Assembly: GCF_037042905.1 (NCBI RefSeq)
Contig: NC_087251.1
Span: 23,314,001-23,378,000, forward strand
Origin: Lytechinus pictus
Lineage: Eukaryota
Direction: 5' to 3'
DNA length: 64,000 nt
This document shows positions 26,050 to 40,306 of the stretch, piece by piece. Position 1 is the first letter of the stretch, and each line of letters opens with the position of its first letter. The position numbers and the translations under genes were made by a program. The notes beneath the pieces were generated by a model. It saw nothing but the letters and a program-made list of their open reading frames with translations, was not told where the DNA came from and did not search any database.

Positions 26050-29000
26050 ATAAACACGCAAGGAGACACAGAAGTTCTAAATAAATTAATGCTTTTGATA
26101 TTTTGGTAATGGCTTTCGTTCTGTCATCATATTAAGCCAAGATGGATTCTAGTCCTAAAAATGATAGATTTAGACCCATTAATGATAAGAGCTTCTGCTT
26201 TTTTTCATATTACGATTAAAGACACCACTGTCAACATTTTTGAAATAAAAATTACTTTTATAATAGCCTCGGTTTCAGTTTTGTTGATAATAGACTGTCA
26301 CCTCTGTATATTCTCTGATTTTGATATCGTTTATACGTTTATACTTGCTATTGAAAAATATACTTTCTGGCTTGCATTATTTTGTAGAAGATCGGTTTTA
26401 CTTTTCTTCAGTCGAACCCATTAAGAGAATAGTAAAATGTACCTTGTGGATTTTTTTTTCAACTTCATTAGATAATGAAAACGTCATATTTTATGGAAAC
26501 ATAAATTGCAAAGTCGTTGACAACTTTTTTTTTACAATATTTAATGGCAATTTCATCGAGTCATGCGTAAATTATAGCTCATTCACTGTTTAATAAAAAT
26601 GTATTTTTATTAGCTGTTTAGCGGGGTATAAAGAAATGCGGCGTTCTTTTACAAAATTATATCATCATCGAGGAAATAATGATCCTTCGTCTCTCAGAAA
26701 GAACAGGGAAATAGCATTGTGACGTACGTGTATAAAGGGTTCAATAACCTGCGAGTTAGGAAACCGCTTCGTATTTTTATCGAAATTATTGCCGAAAATG
26801 GCAATTGTCACCAATCTTTAACGTCAAGTGGAGGAGCAAGGATTTTTTAGGAAGATGGAGACACAGCGATTAGTCTGACTGGCGACAGGCAGCGCGATCC
26901 TGGTGTGAACTTGTCACATTCCAAACTCAGGGGTAGCTCTAACCCAAGACAGTATGTTGATGGTTGTATGGTCCGTACCCATAGGAGAAAAAACAGGTCT
27001 GCAGTTGGTCCACCCATGAAAGACGTTCCCTAGTGTTGCTCGGTGTAACAAAAAAAAAATATATATATATGTATGCTGTGATATCAAGGCGACTGAGGCG
27101 AAATCGGGTGAAACGCCCCGACCTTTATCCAAACACACTTTAATATCACGTTTGGATTAAGTGTTTGACGAGACAGTAGGGAAATACCAATAAACAAACA
27201 CAACCAACTGGTTCAGATAAATAACAATTACTTATGAAGCAATAGAAAAGTGGTGAAGGCGAACCTTTCTCTAACATGTCAAATAGAGATACAAGAGCCA
27301 CTGATCGGTTTTGACCCAATAAAAAAATGGGGCCTAAAGCCCCAGTCCCCGTTAGGTGCCCCCTGCTTGAATTATAGAAAAAAATAAGCTGTCATTTCAG
27401 AAACAATTGTGATTGCATGGATAGTTTTTAATAACTCAGGGCAACCGGGCAGAGCAATCTAGTGGTAGTGTTAACAGGCCGTGATAGTTGCACCCCCTCC
27501 ACCCATCTTTTGCTCCCCGTGTGCATTGGTGGTTACGGCACAGTATATGCCAATGCATCGGTTGGTTATAGGCGACCGGGGCTCCCACTGGGTCGCTAGG
27601 GTTGTATGTCCGCTCGGGTGCAACCTTTCGAGGATAAACGGATGTAGCCATCGCATCTCAATATTCTTATCATATTTTGATTAAATAATCTCATTTACAT
27701 TTTCTAAAACATATATGAATGAGAAGTGAGTGATGTGAATCACAGATTGAAATTATTACTTATATGTATGAAAAATCCACAACAAATTATTTCCTTCTAA
27801 AGGCCTATTTGGAAATTTCTTTAATACACGAAGTATAGAGTGAATATTGACGGTTATCTAGTCTCACTGTGTAATGTGATTTGGGGAGAATGTTTTTTTT
27901 TTAATAGCAAATGTTGCAAATGATTTAGAAATGTTCGAAAGAAACTCCAATATGTTTTTAGAACGATCTTACTTTATCGAGTGTTAAAAGTCTGATGCTA
28001 TGATATGTTCTGAGTCCGAAGGGCATTTTTGTTTATATTTCTTGAATGGAGAAAACATCCTTACTTGAATCATTAATGTTGTTTTATTATTATTCTCTTT
28101 ATGAATTAATAAATTATGCAGTGTTTTAAGATTTGTCCATGTATGAACATTATCATTTCCAGTGTTGGAAATAGTATTTCTAAATCACACACACGCGTCA
28201 CGGTCACGCACATACTCCCACCCTTTCGCACTTACACACCCTCGCAAACACGCACACACACACCCACATGTGCAGCCTTCTTTCTCTCCCCTACCTTTTT
28301 CTCAGGAATTTAATTCGGTACTCATTCTGTACTTAATGTACACACCTTGTTACAAAATACATCTAAAAGACATTTTTCTGGACTCAAATCATCGATGACT
28401 GGCTCAAGAATGTGAGAAAGTTTCAACAGAACTGTACTGAAATCAGTAATATTAAATAGACACCGTTCTGTATCTTATAACCCGTGATGTCATGACTTTA
28501 TTTCATGAGCATAACTATAAGTTTGAACATTGATATGAATTTCAGTCAAATGGTGCCGGGTCGTTCTGGTCAGACAAAAATGGAGAGAACGTTCCGACGC
28601 CACTGAGCCTAACAAATTGAAAAAAACTTCTTGAAAAAAACTTATCCTAAATGAATTAGGACAAAATGTTAATTTCTTAAAATTATCAAAATTCAAGTCG
28701 TTTTTGTTGCATGAAGATAATCTTTATTTGTACATGTATAAAAGTTTAAGCAAGGAGGTCGTTGGTTTAAGTCAGTAACATTGGAAAATTCTTCTTATTT
28801 CCCCCCCAAAGGTAAATGTTGTTTTCCAAAGTGTTTGCGAACTTTCAGAGCTGAGTCCCTGTTTTCAGTGTAGTATTGACCTTAACAGCTGCGGTCCTAT
28901 ACCCAGACCTAGTCTTGATCATGAATCAAGAGAACCCTGCATGGTACCAACGTGCTGGTCATAACCTCCAGATGTCGACAGGACCAAGAGGAAGGAAATG

Positions 29001-29862
29001 GTTTCCATAAAAACAAGTCTTACCCTAAGAAATCATAAGAGACTGTTTATAAAAATTTTATTCTGTAATATCCGTGAAGGTTTAGAACACATGCACACCC
29101 CATCCCCTGTAAGAAGGAAAACCGCTCGTGGTATTGTGTTTCATATCGTGGAAGTGTGCCTCTCAGTGGATGCCGCCGAAACTTGTTGTCAAAAGGATCA
29201 ATCTCTTTCTAAATAAGATGCAATAACTAGAAGCAGTCAGTCCAGCCGGCGAGACGCTTTCATCTACTACTCCTTCCCTCCTCTATCATCGCCATTTTCT
29301 CTTCCTTCTTTTTAATGTTTTTATTTTAAAAAGCTTTCGGCGTTTTCCACTTTGATCGGAGCCAACATTTTAACACTTGCTATTGATCGTCGAACTGTGG
29401 TAATTCATTTCCTTAACAATGTTAATAGAATTCATTCTAACATGGAGTCATTGGAGACAGGCGCCAACGGAGAAAGAAACATAAAGATTCAGAATAAAAC
29501 AAAAACAATCATAAATGAAACGTGCTATCCACACGGCTTCCAGGATTTTCGTACGACTTCAGAATGATTTATGCTAACATTTTCCTAAACAATATTTTTT
29601 TGTTTTCTTTATTCTATCTGTGTTCTCGTCTGAATTCATTCTTCAAAAGTATATTTTTAACACAATGAAGTATAATTATTGTCTTAAGCATGGCAAGTAT
29701 GAGAATATATGACTTGATAATTTCTGTGGTTAATGCACAATTGTCTTTATTGACGCCATTTTTGGTTTAGATTTCCTGAGAAAATTTAATGCAGCAAAAA
29801 CTGCAATTATTTTTTTACATTATCAAAATACTACAAGCATAAATTATGTGTTGTTATATTAT

Positions 29863-29940
29863 AATCATCATCGTCGTCGTCATCATTGTTTAATTCATCA
29901 TCATCACTTTCTACATCATCATCTTCATCATCATTATTAT

Positions 29941-29972
<32 letters not shown>

Positions 29973-29992
29973 TCAAAGTCGTCAACATCACC
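29863..29992. repeat. Degenerate (CAT)n microsatellite downstream of the gremlin stop
   Basis: Direct reading. Confidence 0.9.
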
Positions 29993-30668
29993 GTCCTTAT
30001 TTCTACTTGAGTTTACAGCCGTTTTTTCTTTGTCAAAACATAATTGTTTGAAAATTGTCAAAGACATTTCGATTCGGCAATATGACTTTTTACACTGTCA
30101 ACAAAGCAACAAAAAGGCATCACAACATTAATTGTATAGTTCATACATATCTCCATGTATTTACATTATATTTCACTCACAAAAATACGAGAGTAGTAGA
30201 GAATATCTTCATTGAATACAGTACAGATTATATCATTATACAATATGTACAATGTGAATATCTCATATCTTCTGTTATACAAATATCAATAATTAATGAG
30301 TGCATTATATTAATTGCATAAATATGGCGTTGTGCCTTTGAGCTCCCTTTGTACGCCACACAGAGCTGTTTGGACACCACTCAGTAAATGTCGTCATCTC
30401 GTTAAGTCACGTGATGATTCGTTGAGTTTCCTATTCCACCAATCAGAGCCTGCGACACGCATCCCATACACGATAATGTGTATACCTTGAATACTGTGTG
30501 TGTACCGTGTGGCCGTGTTTCTTCTTTTTTTTCTTGATACGATGAGATAGAAATAATATTGATACATGTCATAGATAAATTCATCAAAGATGTCCTTTTC
30601 ATCTCAAGTTTTGTCCACAGGATATAAATAGTGTTTTATAAAGTTATACCGTCCCATCGGATGTTTAT

Positions 30669-31244
30669 TTACGGAACATCCACCGCCATGCATCTGCACC
30701 GTTTTACTCTCGGAACCCGTTTCCTTTTGATAGGTGGATTCTGACCAGGGCATCGCAAAGTTACTGTAATGTGGTTAACTCGAAACGGTTTACAAAAAGA
30801 GCATGATTTGAAAGCTTCGTTGTAAGACGCCGCTTGTTTGGGGATAAAGAAAGAGTTACACTGTCCGTAACAGAATCTATTTGCGATGGTCCTTGGGATG
30901 CATCCTGGCTCTTCAATTCTTTGCTTCAAGGGTTGCGTTTTGCACCAGTCCCCGCGGAGGTATTGTTTTTCTGTAATCTGCATGGCTTCTTCGCTTGAAG
31001 GTTTCAGGACTTTGTGTGGGGCTATTCGAATCTCGGTTCCAGGTGGGAACGCTAAGGGGTCCAGGTCCTCCATCTGTGATTTTAAAGAAGTGTATTCCTC
31101 GAGAAGTAAGAGTGGGTTAGTTGGAGGTAGGTAGTGTGAATCGTCAACATTTCTCTCTGACGATGAACGATCTCCTGGCACCAAGGTAGACCCGGCCAAC
31201 ATAGGAATCATCCAAGTGAGACAGAGCAAACACAGTATCAACAT
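30669..31244 (-). CDS. GREM: Gremlin (DAN/Cerberus-family secreted BMP antagonist), 191 aa from the first ATG in the exon
   Basis: Hydrophobic N-terminus MLILCLLCLTWMIPMLAG, then DWCKTQPLKQ...GC...NRFCYGQCNSFFIP...SCSFCKP...TLRCP...RVKRCRC with the nine-Cys Gremlin pattern and the preceding SSxEAxxxTExxYL motif. The listed ORF starts at 31292, but 31252-31292 is intronic (ttttgtttatttgcttatgtctttgacag|GATCATCATG). Confidence 0.97.
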   Translation of the reverse strand: MLILCLLCLTWMIPMLAGSTLVPGDRSSSERNVDDSHYLPPTNPLLLLEEYTSLKSQMEDLDPLAFPPGTEIRIAPHKVLKPSSEEAMQITEKQYLRGDWCKTQPLKQRIEEPGCIPRTIANRFCYGQCNSFFIPKQAASYNEAFKSCSFCKPFRVNHITVTLRCPGQNPPIKRKRVPRVKRCRCMAVDVP

Positions 31245-32765
31245 GATGATCCTGTCAAAGACATAAGCAAATAAACAAAATACTTTATTCAATCAAAATG
31301 TTTATGATCAGATTGTGAAAAAAACAAGAACTATCTCATAACTTTGATGCTTAGAACAAACGCGACAAACGTGTTCATTCAAACTTCATTTTGATTACAA
31401 TCTCATTATTCCCAAAGGAGGGGGAGTCTGCGAATGATCTTTTCATGACCGATTTGATGAAATAGAATATAAATAATAAGTTATTCACTATTACAACGAA
31501 TAAGGTTGTCTGAATCTGTCAAAATAATATGCACAATATAAAGATGAATTAAAAAAAAGACAAATTCTCGGATGAATAATCACTTCACTATGTTTCATCA
31601 TTACCCCTGGGAAAATTTCTTAAACTTGAGGTCTCGAGGTCAGATCTCGAAAGAAAAAAGAACTCTAATAACCCCTGGGAGTTCATAAGGTGCCAAGGAA
31701 TCCCGATGGTTGCACCAGAGTGCCCTAAACCGATGTAACCCTCCCCCTCCTCACACAACCCCTTCCTCGATTCATTCCACTTTCTCCCTCTTCACTCTTC
31801 TTTCGTCGTATTCATTCATTCTCTCTTCTCAAAACAATCAACTTTGGGGAATTTTCTGCTGACTATATTGGGTAAATTGGTGTGTGTGTGGTGGTTTTTT
31901 TTCGGGGGGGGGGGTCCTTTATCAAGAAAAAAGTACAACACATCAGAAAGTAAATGAACTGATCGGATTTATTGGTGCATGTCAGAGATTTCACTGTATC
32001 CTTGTCTTTCTTATAATTTAACTATATTTTCAAGAAGAGGATAAAATGATCATTGTGTCAGAATACTTGACTCTCGAAAAGCATAAAGGAATCCAGCTTT
32101 TGAACTAAAAAGAACATTTATTGTTAATTTGAAAGTCTGTTTTTAAGATATGAAGATTCTATCAGGATGAAAGATAACTTTCTTTTGTCCTTTATCTGTT
32201 TCTTCCACTAAAGTTTCAAATTGGGTCGAATCTGAGTCGGATTGAAGTTAGGCTGTATTGTATATCTCTATTTGTATACACCTTATGATTTTCGGTAGTG
32301 GTATATATACAGTTGGAGTTATTCGCACTACATTAACGATCTCAGCTTAAATAATGAGTTTTGGGGCTATCATCATAGTAGGTGCATCACTTTATTCGAA
32401 TCTCTTGCCAAAAACTGCTCTTGAATATGTAAATATTTTGAATTAAATGTGCACATATTTTCAAAGTCAAATGTCATTCATTCTCTTTCTTTGCATATTA
32501 GTCAGTATAATCTTTATAAAAAATGTTCACAAATTACTTTGCTGTGATCGTTCGCATACACATAATTTCTTTCCACTTCATATTCATTTTTCCCACTCTC
32601 TTAAAGTCATGAAATTGTTAATCCTAATTCATAATTTTCAGGAAAAGTAGAGACTCTTATAACAAGAATCGTTACACAGTATTGATAATTAATTTGTTTG
32701 CCAAATACATATCACTGTTTAATATTGTTACACGAATATTTAAATGGAACTCTCTTCCTGCATCG

Positions 32766-33585
<820 letters not shown>

Positions 33586-34005
33586 GTAACAGCATCAGGA
33601 GCAGTAGTAATAGTCGTGTGACCAACTTCATTGTATGATGCATGAGTCCATGTACACGTGGGTATTATTTTTGAGTTACACTCCATTCCTGTCCATTTCA
33701 TAATAATGTGGCATTACATTTTGTATTTATTTTGATAACAAGTCTTTTGAATTGTTCGTGTTAGTTCTGTTTGGTAGAATAAATATATTTCCGATGTTCC
33801 CGGGCCATTATGTCGCTTTTTGAGGTCACCAAACCAGTGTTTTCCCAAACTATATGCAAACTGCGTGTTCCTTCACTATCGTTCGTCCGTGATGCACCTC
33901 CCCCCCCCCCCCCCCCTCCCGAAAAAAACACCTATGCGTAAGAAATCATTTTCAGAATACTTAATCATGGAAGGGGCTGGCTTCGAAAATTATGTTTTAA
34001 TTATT

Positions 34006-34402
34006 GGGCGATTCCATACGTGTCGTATGGGACATTTTTACAACAATTTCTAGTTTCCTAGCCGAATGCTTGAGCAATAAAATGCTTTTTTGTCAGTGAT
34101 GAAGCTATAGTGGGTAGTCATGTGAAAAACTAATAAGCAACACATAAAAAATTGATTATGGGTAAATTATAGGTGAAAATGTTGTGTGTCGTACGGGACG
34201 CAGAAATGACCCGTACGACACGCAACATTTTAAGCTCTAATTCACCTATGGACGACATATTTTTGTTGGTTGCCAGTTTTTTGCATGTCTACCCAGTAGT
34301 ACTTTAATATTACCACAAAGCAAATTGAAGTTCTTCGTTCGTTTGGACAGCAGGTTGATAAATGTTGTGAAAATGGCTGATTTTTCTAGCATGGAATCGC
34401 CC
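34006..34402. mobile_element. MITE (PIF/Harbinger-like GGGC ends) with internal palindrome
   Basis: Perfect 12-bp terminal inverted repeats gggcgattccat / atggaatcgccc. Internal inverted repeat aaaatgttgtgtgtcgtacggg / cccgtacgacacgcaacatttt at about 34176-34230. Confidence 0.75.
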
Positions 34403-37400
34403 TATATTGTATATATATATATGACTATATTTTCGAAATCACATTTAATGCTCTTGTTTATAATCATTATTAAATTTGCAGTAATTCTCCACACAAGACA
34501 AATGGGCTGGATAGGCCCGCTTCAGCGAATATGGCTGGTTTTCTGCTTGAATTCAAATGTTCTCTGATAAAGGCTTTTGACTGAACAGACAATTTGATAA
34601 TTCTATCTTTGGTGCTTTATTTATATTGGTTTGATGACCGACGATAAACACTCTTCATTGTGAACTTTAAATATATGAATGGATATATGGGAGTTTATGA
34701 TGCTCAATTTTTTTTCAGCATAGTAGAGATGGAGATGAATATTTGATATTCCAGCTGATTTTAGCATCTAATTCGCAGACGCTTCCTGCAACGTTCAGAA
34801 TCTATTGAGGTCATTGTTGAGAGTTGGTGGACCGGGACAGCACATCATCTTAAGGTTCGGTCCGAATAAAAATTGCAAATATGTCGTTTATTCAGAGTCC
34901 AGGACAACACTGCTGCTTTGATTCACTGATTTTCAACAAAAGCTTCTTTGTTTTGAAAGGCTTTTGACATAAGATTTTCTACGATATAGAAAGCGTCTGC
35001 CAAATGATTACTAAAATGTCGTGATGTCACCGACCGTTTTCACCTTCGTTAGCTTAGTTTATTGCATGTAGTATATCGACGGCTTTAAAAAAATATAAAA
35101 TACGTCTAAACGATTCTATCTTGTCTGCCCATAAATATAGATACATAAATAATATATCGGCTCATTTCTGCATTTTTTTCATGTCTGTAATTTCCAATTT
35201 GTTAGCAGTTTGTTTGTTCAATGTGCATATCAGATGAAAATAAATCAAAAAGAAAATCCAAAATAGACTCGGTGTTTTATTCACTTGAAGTCGGTCATTA
35301 AGGAATGCGACCCTATAAAAAAAAATCGGGAGACCTGACAAAAGAAATAGATATTGTTCAGCTTTTGTGAAAAAGGGCATTCAAATATTCAATTTGCGTG
35401 AATTCCTTGTCCATATTTCCGGTCGATTAATACAAGAAGAAAACATTTATTCCACCTTCGAAATGTAGATTCAATCTACATTATTATGTAACATCAAAAT
35501 AATGGTATCATCAGAAGGATTCTCTCCAAAGGTATTTTGCGCTCAGGCGGCTCGTCATTTGTTCCCTCTTTTATAAGCATTTTTCTGCGACGTAGAAAAT
35601 CATAATGTAATGTAGGTCTGTTTTGAGGAGTTCAAGAGAGGCAGTGGCATGTATTCACTGTGAAATTTCACCCTCGTAATGTGATACTAAATTGAAACAA
35701 GGGAAGAATCATTCGAGTTTATCCCATATTTCTCTATTGCCTTTGACTAAAACAGTTTCCGTCGACCCGGCGTCACAGCTCGCGCCAAACACACAAACGT
35801 TCATGTCATACAAAATAATGGCAGTTTCATTCTTCGCTTGCAATTCGAATTCATTGATCAATTGTGATTTTCACAAATCCTGAACATTATAATAGGAACC
35901 AATGCATCTTTATGAAAATTGTGTCTCCTTTCCTTTTGCTTTCGGTATAATTTTGATCTTTTTATGTCTTGTATACCAAGTACGAAAAGGAAAACTCACT
36001 ATTAGGGAATACAATAATTATGTAGGAGGAGAAGGACTGATGGGAAAGAAAAGAAATTATAAAGCCCGATGTGACAGATATAAAGACAAATAAGTTGGCT
36101 CCTACAATACTTGTGATTTCCTACAAAAATGAATACAATACGAACTATTCGCTCAACTGACTATCAAAAATGGGATTCTGTTATTTTGTTTTGGTTTATT
36201 CAGACGACTGCATGGCCCAATACATTGTTAGCCACTGGCATGTCGTCGCCATCCTAAGAGTCGAAGTATCACTCTCATGACATTCCAACTGTTGAAGATT
36301 ACTCCTCGCACGAGTTCATCGTAATTCTACTGGACAATAAGGTGGATAGCTCCAACAAAAGTACCCATGGATTATATATTTATATAAAAAGGAAGATACA
36401 CATAAACAAAAAATGCTTTCCAAGCCTTGTTGTATAACTTATTCAAATTGTACAAAACATTCCATCCCCCTACCCATATCAATATCCTCCTGAGATGGTA
36501 TCTATTAACCAAACAAAATTACTATAAATCATGGCAGATTTATCTTGTTACTTCGTTCCATTGGGAATAAAGTTTTAAATACCAGGTCCTATTTTATAAT
36601 ATCATTATATGCCTTCCAAGTTAGACACTAACTGAGATATAACGGCCACTTAATAGTAATTATACATAATGGGTTTTTGAATTAGATGAGGACTTAATGG
36701 TTTCCGTCGGAAACTCAACTTAACATGCCATTCTATTCGGGAGCTTCTCAGTGAATGAACGCTAATACGAATGAATGAATACCGTAATTGGACCCTAAAA
36801 CGACTTCATAACGACATGCTTGTCGGCTGATCCCCTCCCACATTATCTATTCTGTTTAGTTTGATTAGACAAAAATATGATTGTCAATGGTTGGTGTTGG
36901 TAGATGTGTAATAATTCACAGCCACGGTACCTGGCGTATAGTTAAATTGTATTTGATATCGTCTTGTGTAAAGTTCCTTAAACTTGAAGTTACCTTGGAA
37001 CCAACACACACTGATAGAATGAGTGGGCAGGCATTCACTCTGCCATAAGTACCGGCTGAATGATCCATCTTGACACGTGTTTGTTTGGGAAACGTCATTC
37101 AAATATATAGACTCCAACCTATGCCCTCCCTTCTCCTCCTCCTCCACCTCCTCCTTTTTCCTCTTCTCCTTCTTCAGGTCGTCCTCCTACGCAGAACCAT
37201 CATTGGCATTAAGCTTAACTGACTGTATTCATTGTATTTACTTTCAACCAATGATCAAGCTAAGCGATTGTTGACTTTACTAGTATTTAAAGAACGTAAT
37301 CTTTTGCTTTAATTCATTCCAATGACTAGTAATTAAAGGTGTTTTTAATATATTTTCCATCGGAATATTTTAAAGGGTTATCAGCAAATCAAAGTAAGAA

Positions 37401-38767
37401 AAGCACTGTTGTCTATGAACACATAATAGATCTGTTTTCAAAACGCAGCAATAATTGATAGCATCATGAGTTGAGAACCAACATTGTTGTAGACACTCAA
37501 GTCTTAACTTTTATACATTTAAAGTGGTATAATATATTCTGATTTGTAGGTGGTCCCAATTTTTTTTTTAAACATGTCCGGCATGTGCTAATTTATCTTC
37601 AAAAGGAGGATTATATGTTAACAAATGAGCAATACATCCCGAAAATAAACATGACTCTTTGTTAGATAGCAACTCTTTAAGAGTTCAGTCTCAACATCTT
37701 GGTGATGGAATTTAGCGAACAACCATGATATGAATATTAACAGGACACACTAAATCCGTTTTAAATAGAATGGCGACACGGGGTCATTTTAATGTCTCTT
37801 TTTAGTTTGTTTTTACCACGTTCTATCCCAACATAATGATTATTACAGTCACGTTTTGCCAAGTGCCAATTAATTGCTCACTTTTTCTTCCTTTTCTTGT
37901 GTTCCTTTTCTCCAATCAGTTTTTCCGTCTCACTAGACATTTCACGTCCTTTCGAGTTGTAAATTAGGTCCCAGACCCGTCTTAGGAATGAGTCGTCAAT
38001 TGTTCGCGAAGACTCGTGGAAAGTGTACCTTTTCATTTACTGCCCCGGACTGGCGACAGGTCGTTGGAAGGGAAAAGGGAATGGGAAAAAGCAAAATAAA
38101 GCACGCGCTTTCAAACGTTTTGCAAACACAATACGCCCAACTCTACGACAGTAAGCGAAGGCAATTTAGCCAAAGTTTGACAATAGGTTGAATTGGGCCA
38201 AGGGCGGAGTAAGAAAACCACACCATCTACTGGGAATCATAATATCCCCAACTACTTTTCTCATACTACCCTCTATTAAAAGGGAGAATCTATTTATGTT
38301 TTACCCTTAAATTGGTCTATAGTTTGTTTCGAGTACTCATAGAGAGCGCCTCTTGTCCAGTTGATTTCAACTATGCCTTACCTCTTCTATTCAACAATCG
38401 ATTGGAGTGGATATCTTTTCACGTCTTTAATCCCTATATTTATTCGTCCCTTAAAAAGTGACGTTTTTAAAAACGCCTTTAAATTGAATTAAGTTGTTTT
38501 AAAATGATCTAAATCCCTTTTCCTTGTGAATCTGGGGACAAAATCAACCACTCACTCCTATTAGAAATCTTTTTAAATTCATGATGATACGTTCATCAAA
38601 CTCTAATGTTTACATTCTAATTTGAAGATTGTTATAAACCTGTCAATAAACATGTTTTCGACATTTCGTTTAACGTCTTTTTACTATAATCTGATCAAAT
38701 TTGAGGTTATCATTTAACGGGTCTACCATTCGTATTGTCCGTGTGGAGGTCTTTCTTGCCTTTTTCG

Positions 38768-39015
38768 ATAATAATTAATTAAAATAAGTTTATGAAGCGC
38801 TTAATACAAAGTTTCTAAGCGAAGCATACTATGGCCACGCCTTTTGCATGGCTACTCTGATCGGGTGCTCGAGCGTTTAAAAGTATCCCATCGGATACCC
38901 ATTTAATGGAGGGTGAAGAGAGGCAAATGTAGACAAATGCCTTGTCAACGGACACGAGTGCTGCGGTGGGATTCAAACCCCAGACCTTGCAGTTCAAAGA
39001 CTTATAGACTGAGCT
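38768..39015 (-). mobile_element. tRNA-derived SINE with CORE-like domain, diverged
   Basis: Reverse complement: agctcagtc...ggtttgaatcccaccgc...gtgtccgttgacaaggcatttg...taaatgggtatcc...aagcgcttcataaa plus an AT-rich tail. Confidence 0.8.
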
Positions 39016-40306
39016 GTTACACACATCTTCATGGCGGTGATAAAAGCAACGGTAAAAAATGTGTATATTAAACTCTGTAGAGAATTTCACTGTATAAACC
39101 AAAGTTCACTTTGAGCTTGCTTCACTTTTCTCAATCAATACTGCAAGGGCCTTGTTAAGAGTTTTCACATTGTGATATTAAAGACAGGACATCTAAATCA
39201 ATTGGAAGTAGACAAATAGACAGACGGGGAAATGATAGTTGTCGAAACCAATTAATTATCCCCATTGTATCTCTGAGGGGAAGAAAGAAATTGAGAAAGA
39301 GTAAAAATAGCTTTGAATAGAAGACATCAATGTTTTTTTAAAATATTCACCATCCGATATTGATTAAATGATGTCTTGTCTTGCCTCAAGGAACTTACGG
39401 AGACATTTGGCCCAGATAAGTGATTCCATACCGAAAAGTACTCATTATCTTTTTGAAGGGATGACCTACTTCAGTTCCTTGTGAGTTCAAGAATTTCTCA
39501 TATCCATGAAAATCATAGTACTAATCTTCTAACAGCTTTTTTTACTGACTAATCGAAGAGAATCTGATTGTGCATTTTTAAATCAAATATCTTTATAAGC
39601 ATCGCCTTCAGTATAATTAATCAATTTATAATAGTTGAGGATTAAAGAGTACAATGGAATAACCAATATATATTCGAAATGACAGCGCAATAAATCAGAT
39701 AAACTAATTCATTATCATTTTCTATCAACCATGCATATTCTTCTTTTTCTGTCCCTTTCAAACTAATATTCTTTCTCCCTTACAATGATTATTATTCATT
39801 TTGAGCCAAGAGTTGTAACGCGACATATTAATTTCGAAGACAGTCAAATTGCTACCTAATAATTCAAACGAAACACCCTCAAATGGAGTGATTGAGTGAG
39901 AAATTGACAAAGCTATATGGGACTGGTTATTCAAAGCAATTGAACATCCTTGTATGTCGGGCGCCTCTTTCATCATATATCATTCTCCTTTACTATTTAT
40001 GAAAGATCAAAAAATAGGGCGAAGACAGTATTCTGAACCATGTCTGAAAGTTTTATGATATGTAGTTCATCCCAAAAGATCATACACGCACAAAAGAAAA
40101 TATTTGTTTGTATTTTGCCTTTTGGTTTTTTATTAAGTTACCTGTGATGAAGGGAAATTTGCACTTTGAAAAAGTTAATACGCAACCCGCAAGTGATAAT
40201 TTGTGTAGGAAAAATAATGTAACAAAACGTAAACATTAAATATTATGGATCAATTCATGAAAAGAATGAAGTAAGGATGTTGGATAGAACAGGAAAAGTC
40301 ACTTAC

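Noticed and set aside
31245..31292. N-terminal 16 codons of the listed 207-aa gremlin ORF
   Set aside because: Non-ATG start, and 31252-31292 is the pyrimidine tract and AG of the splice acceptor.
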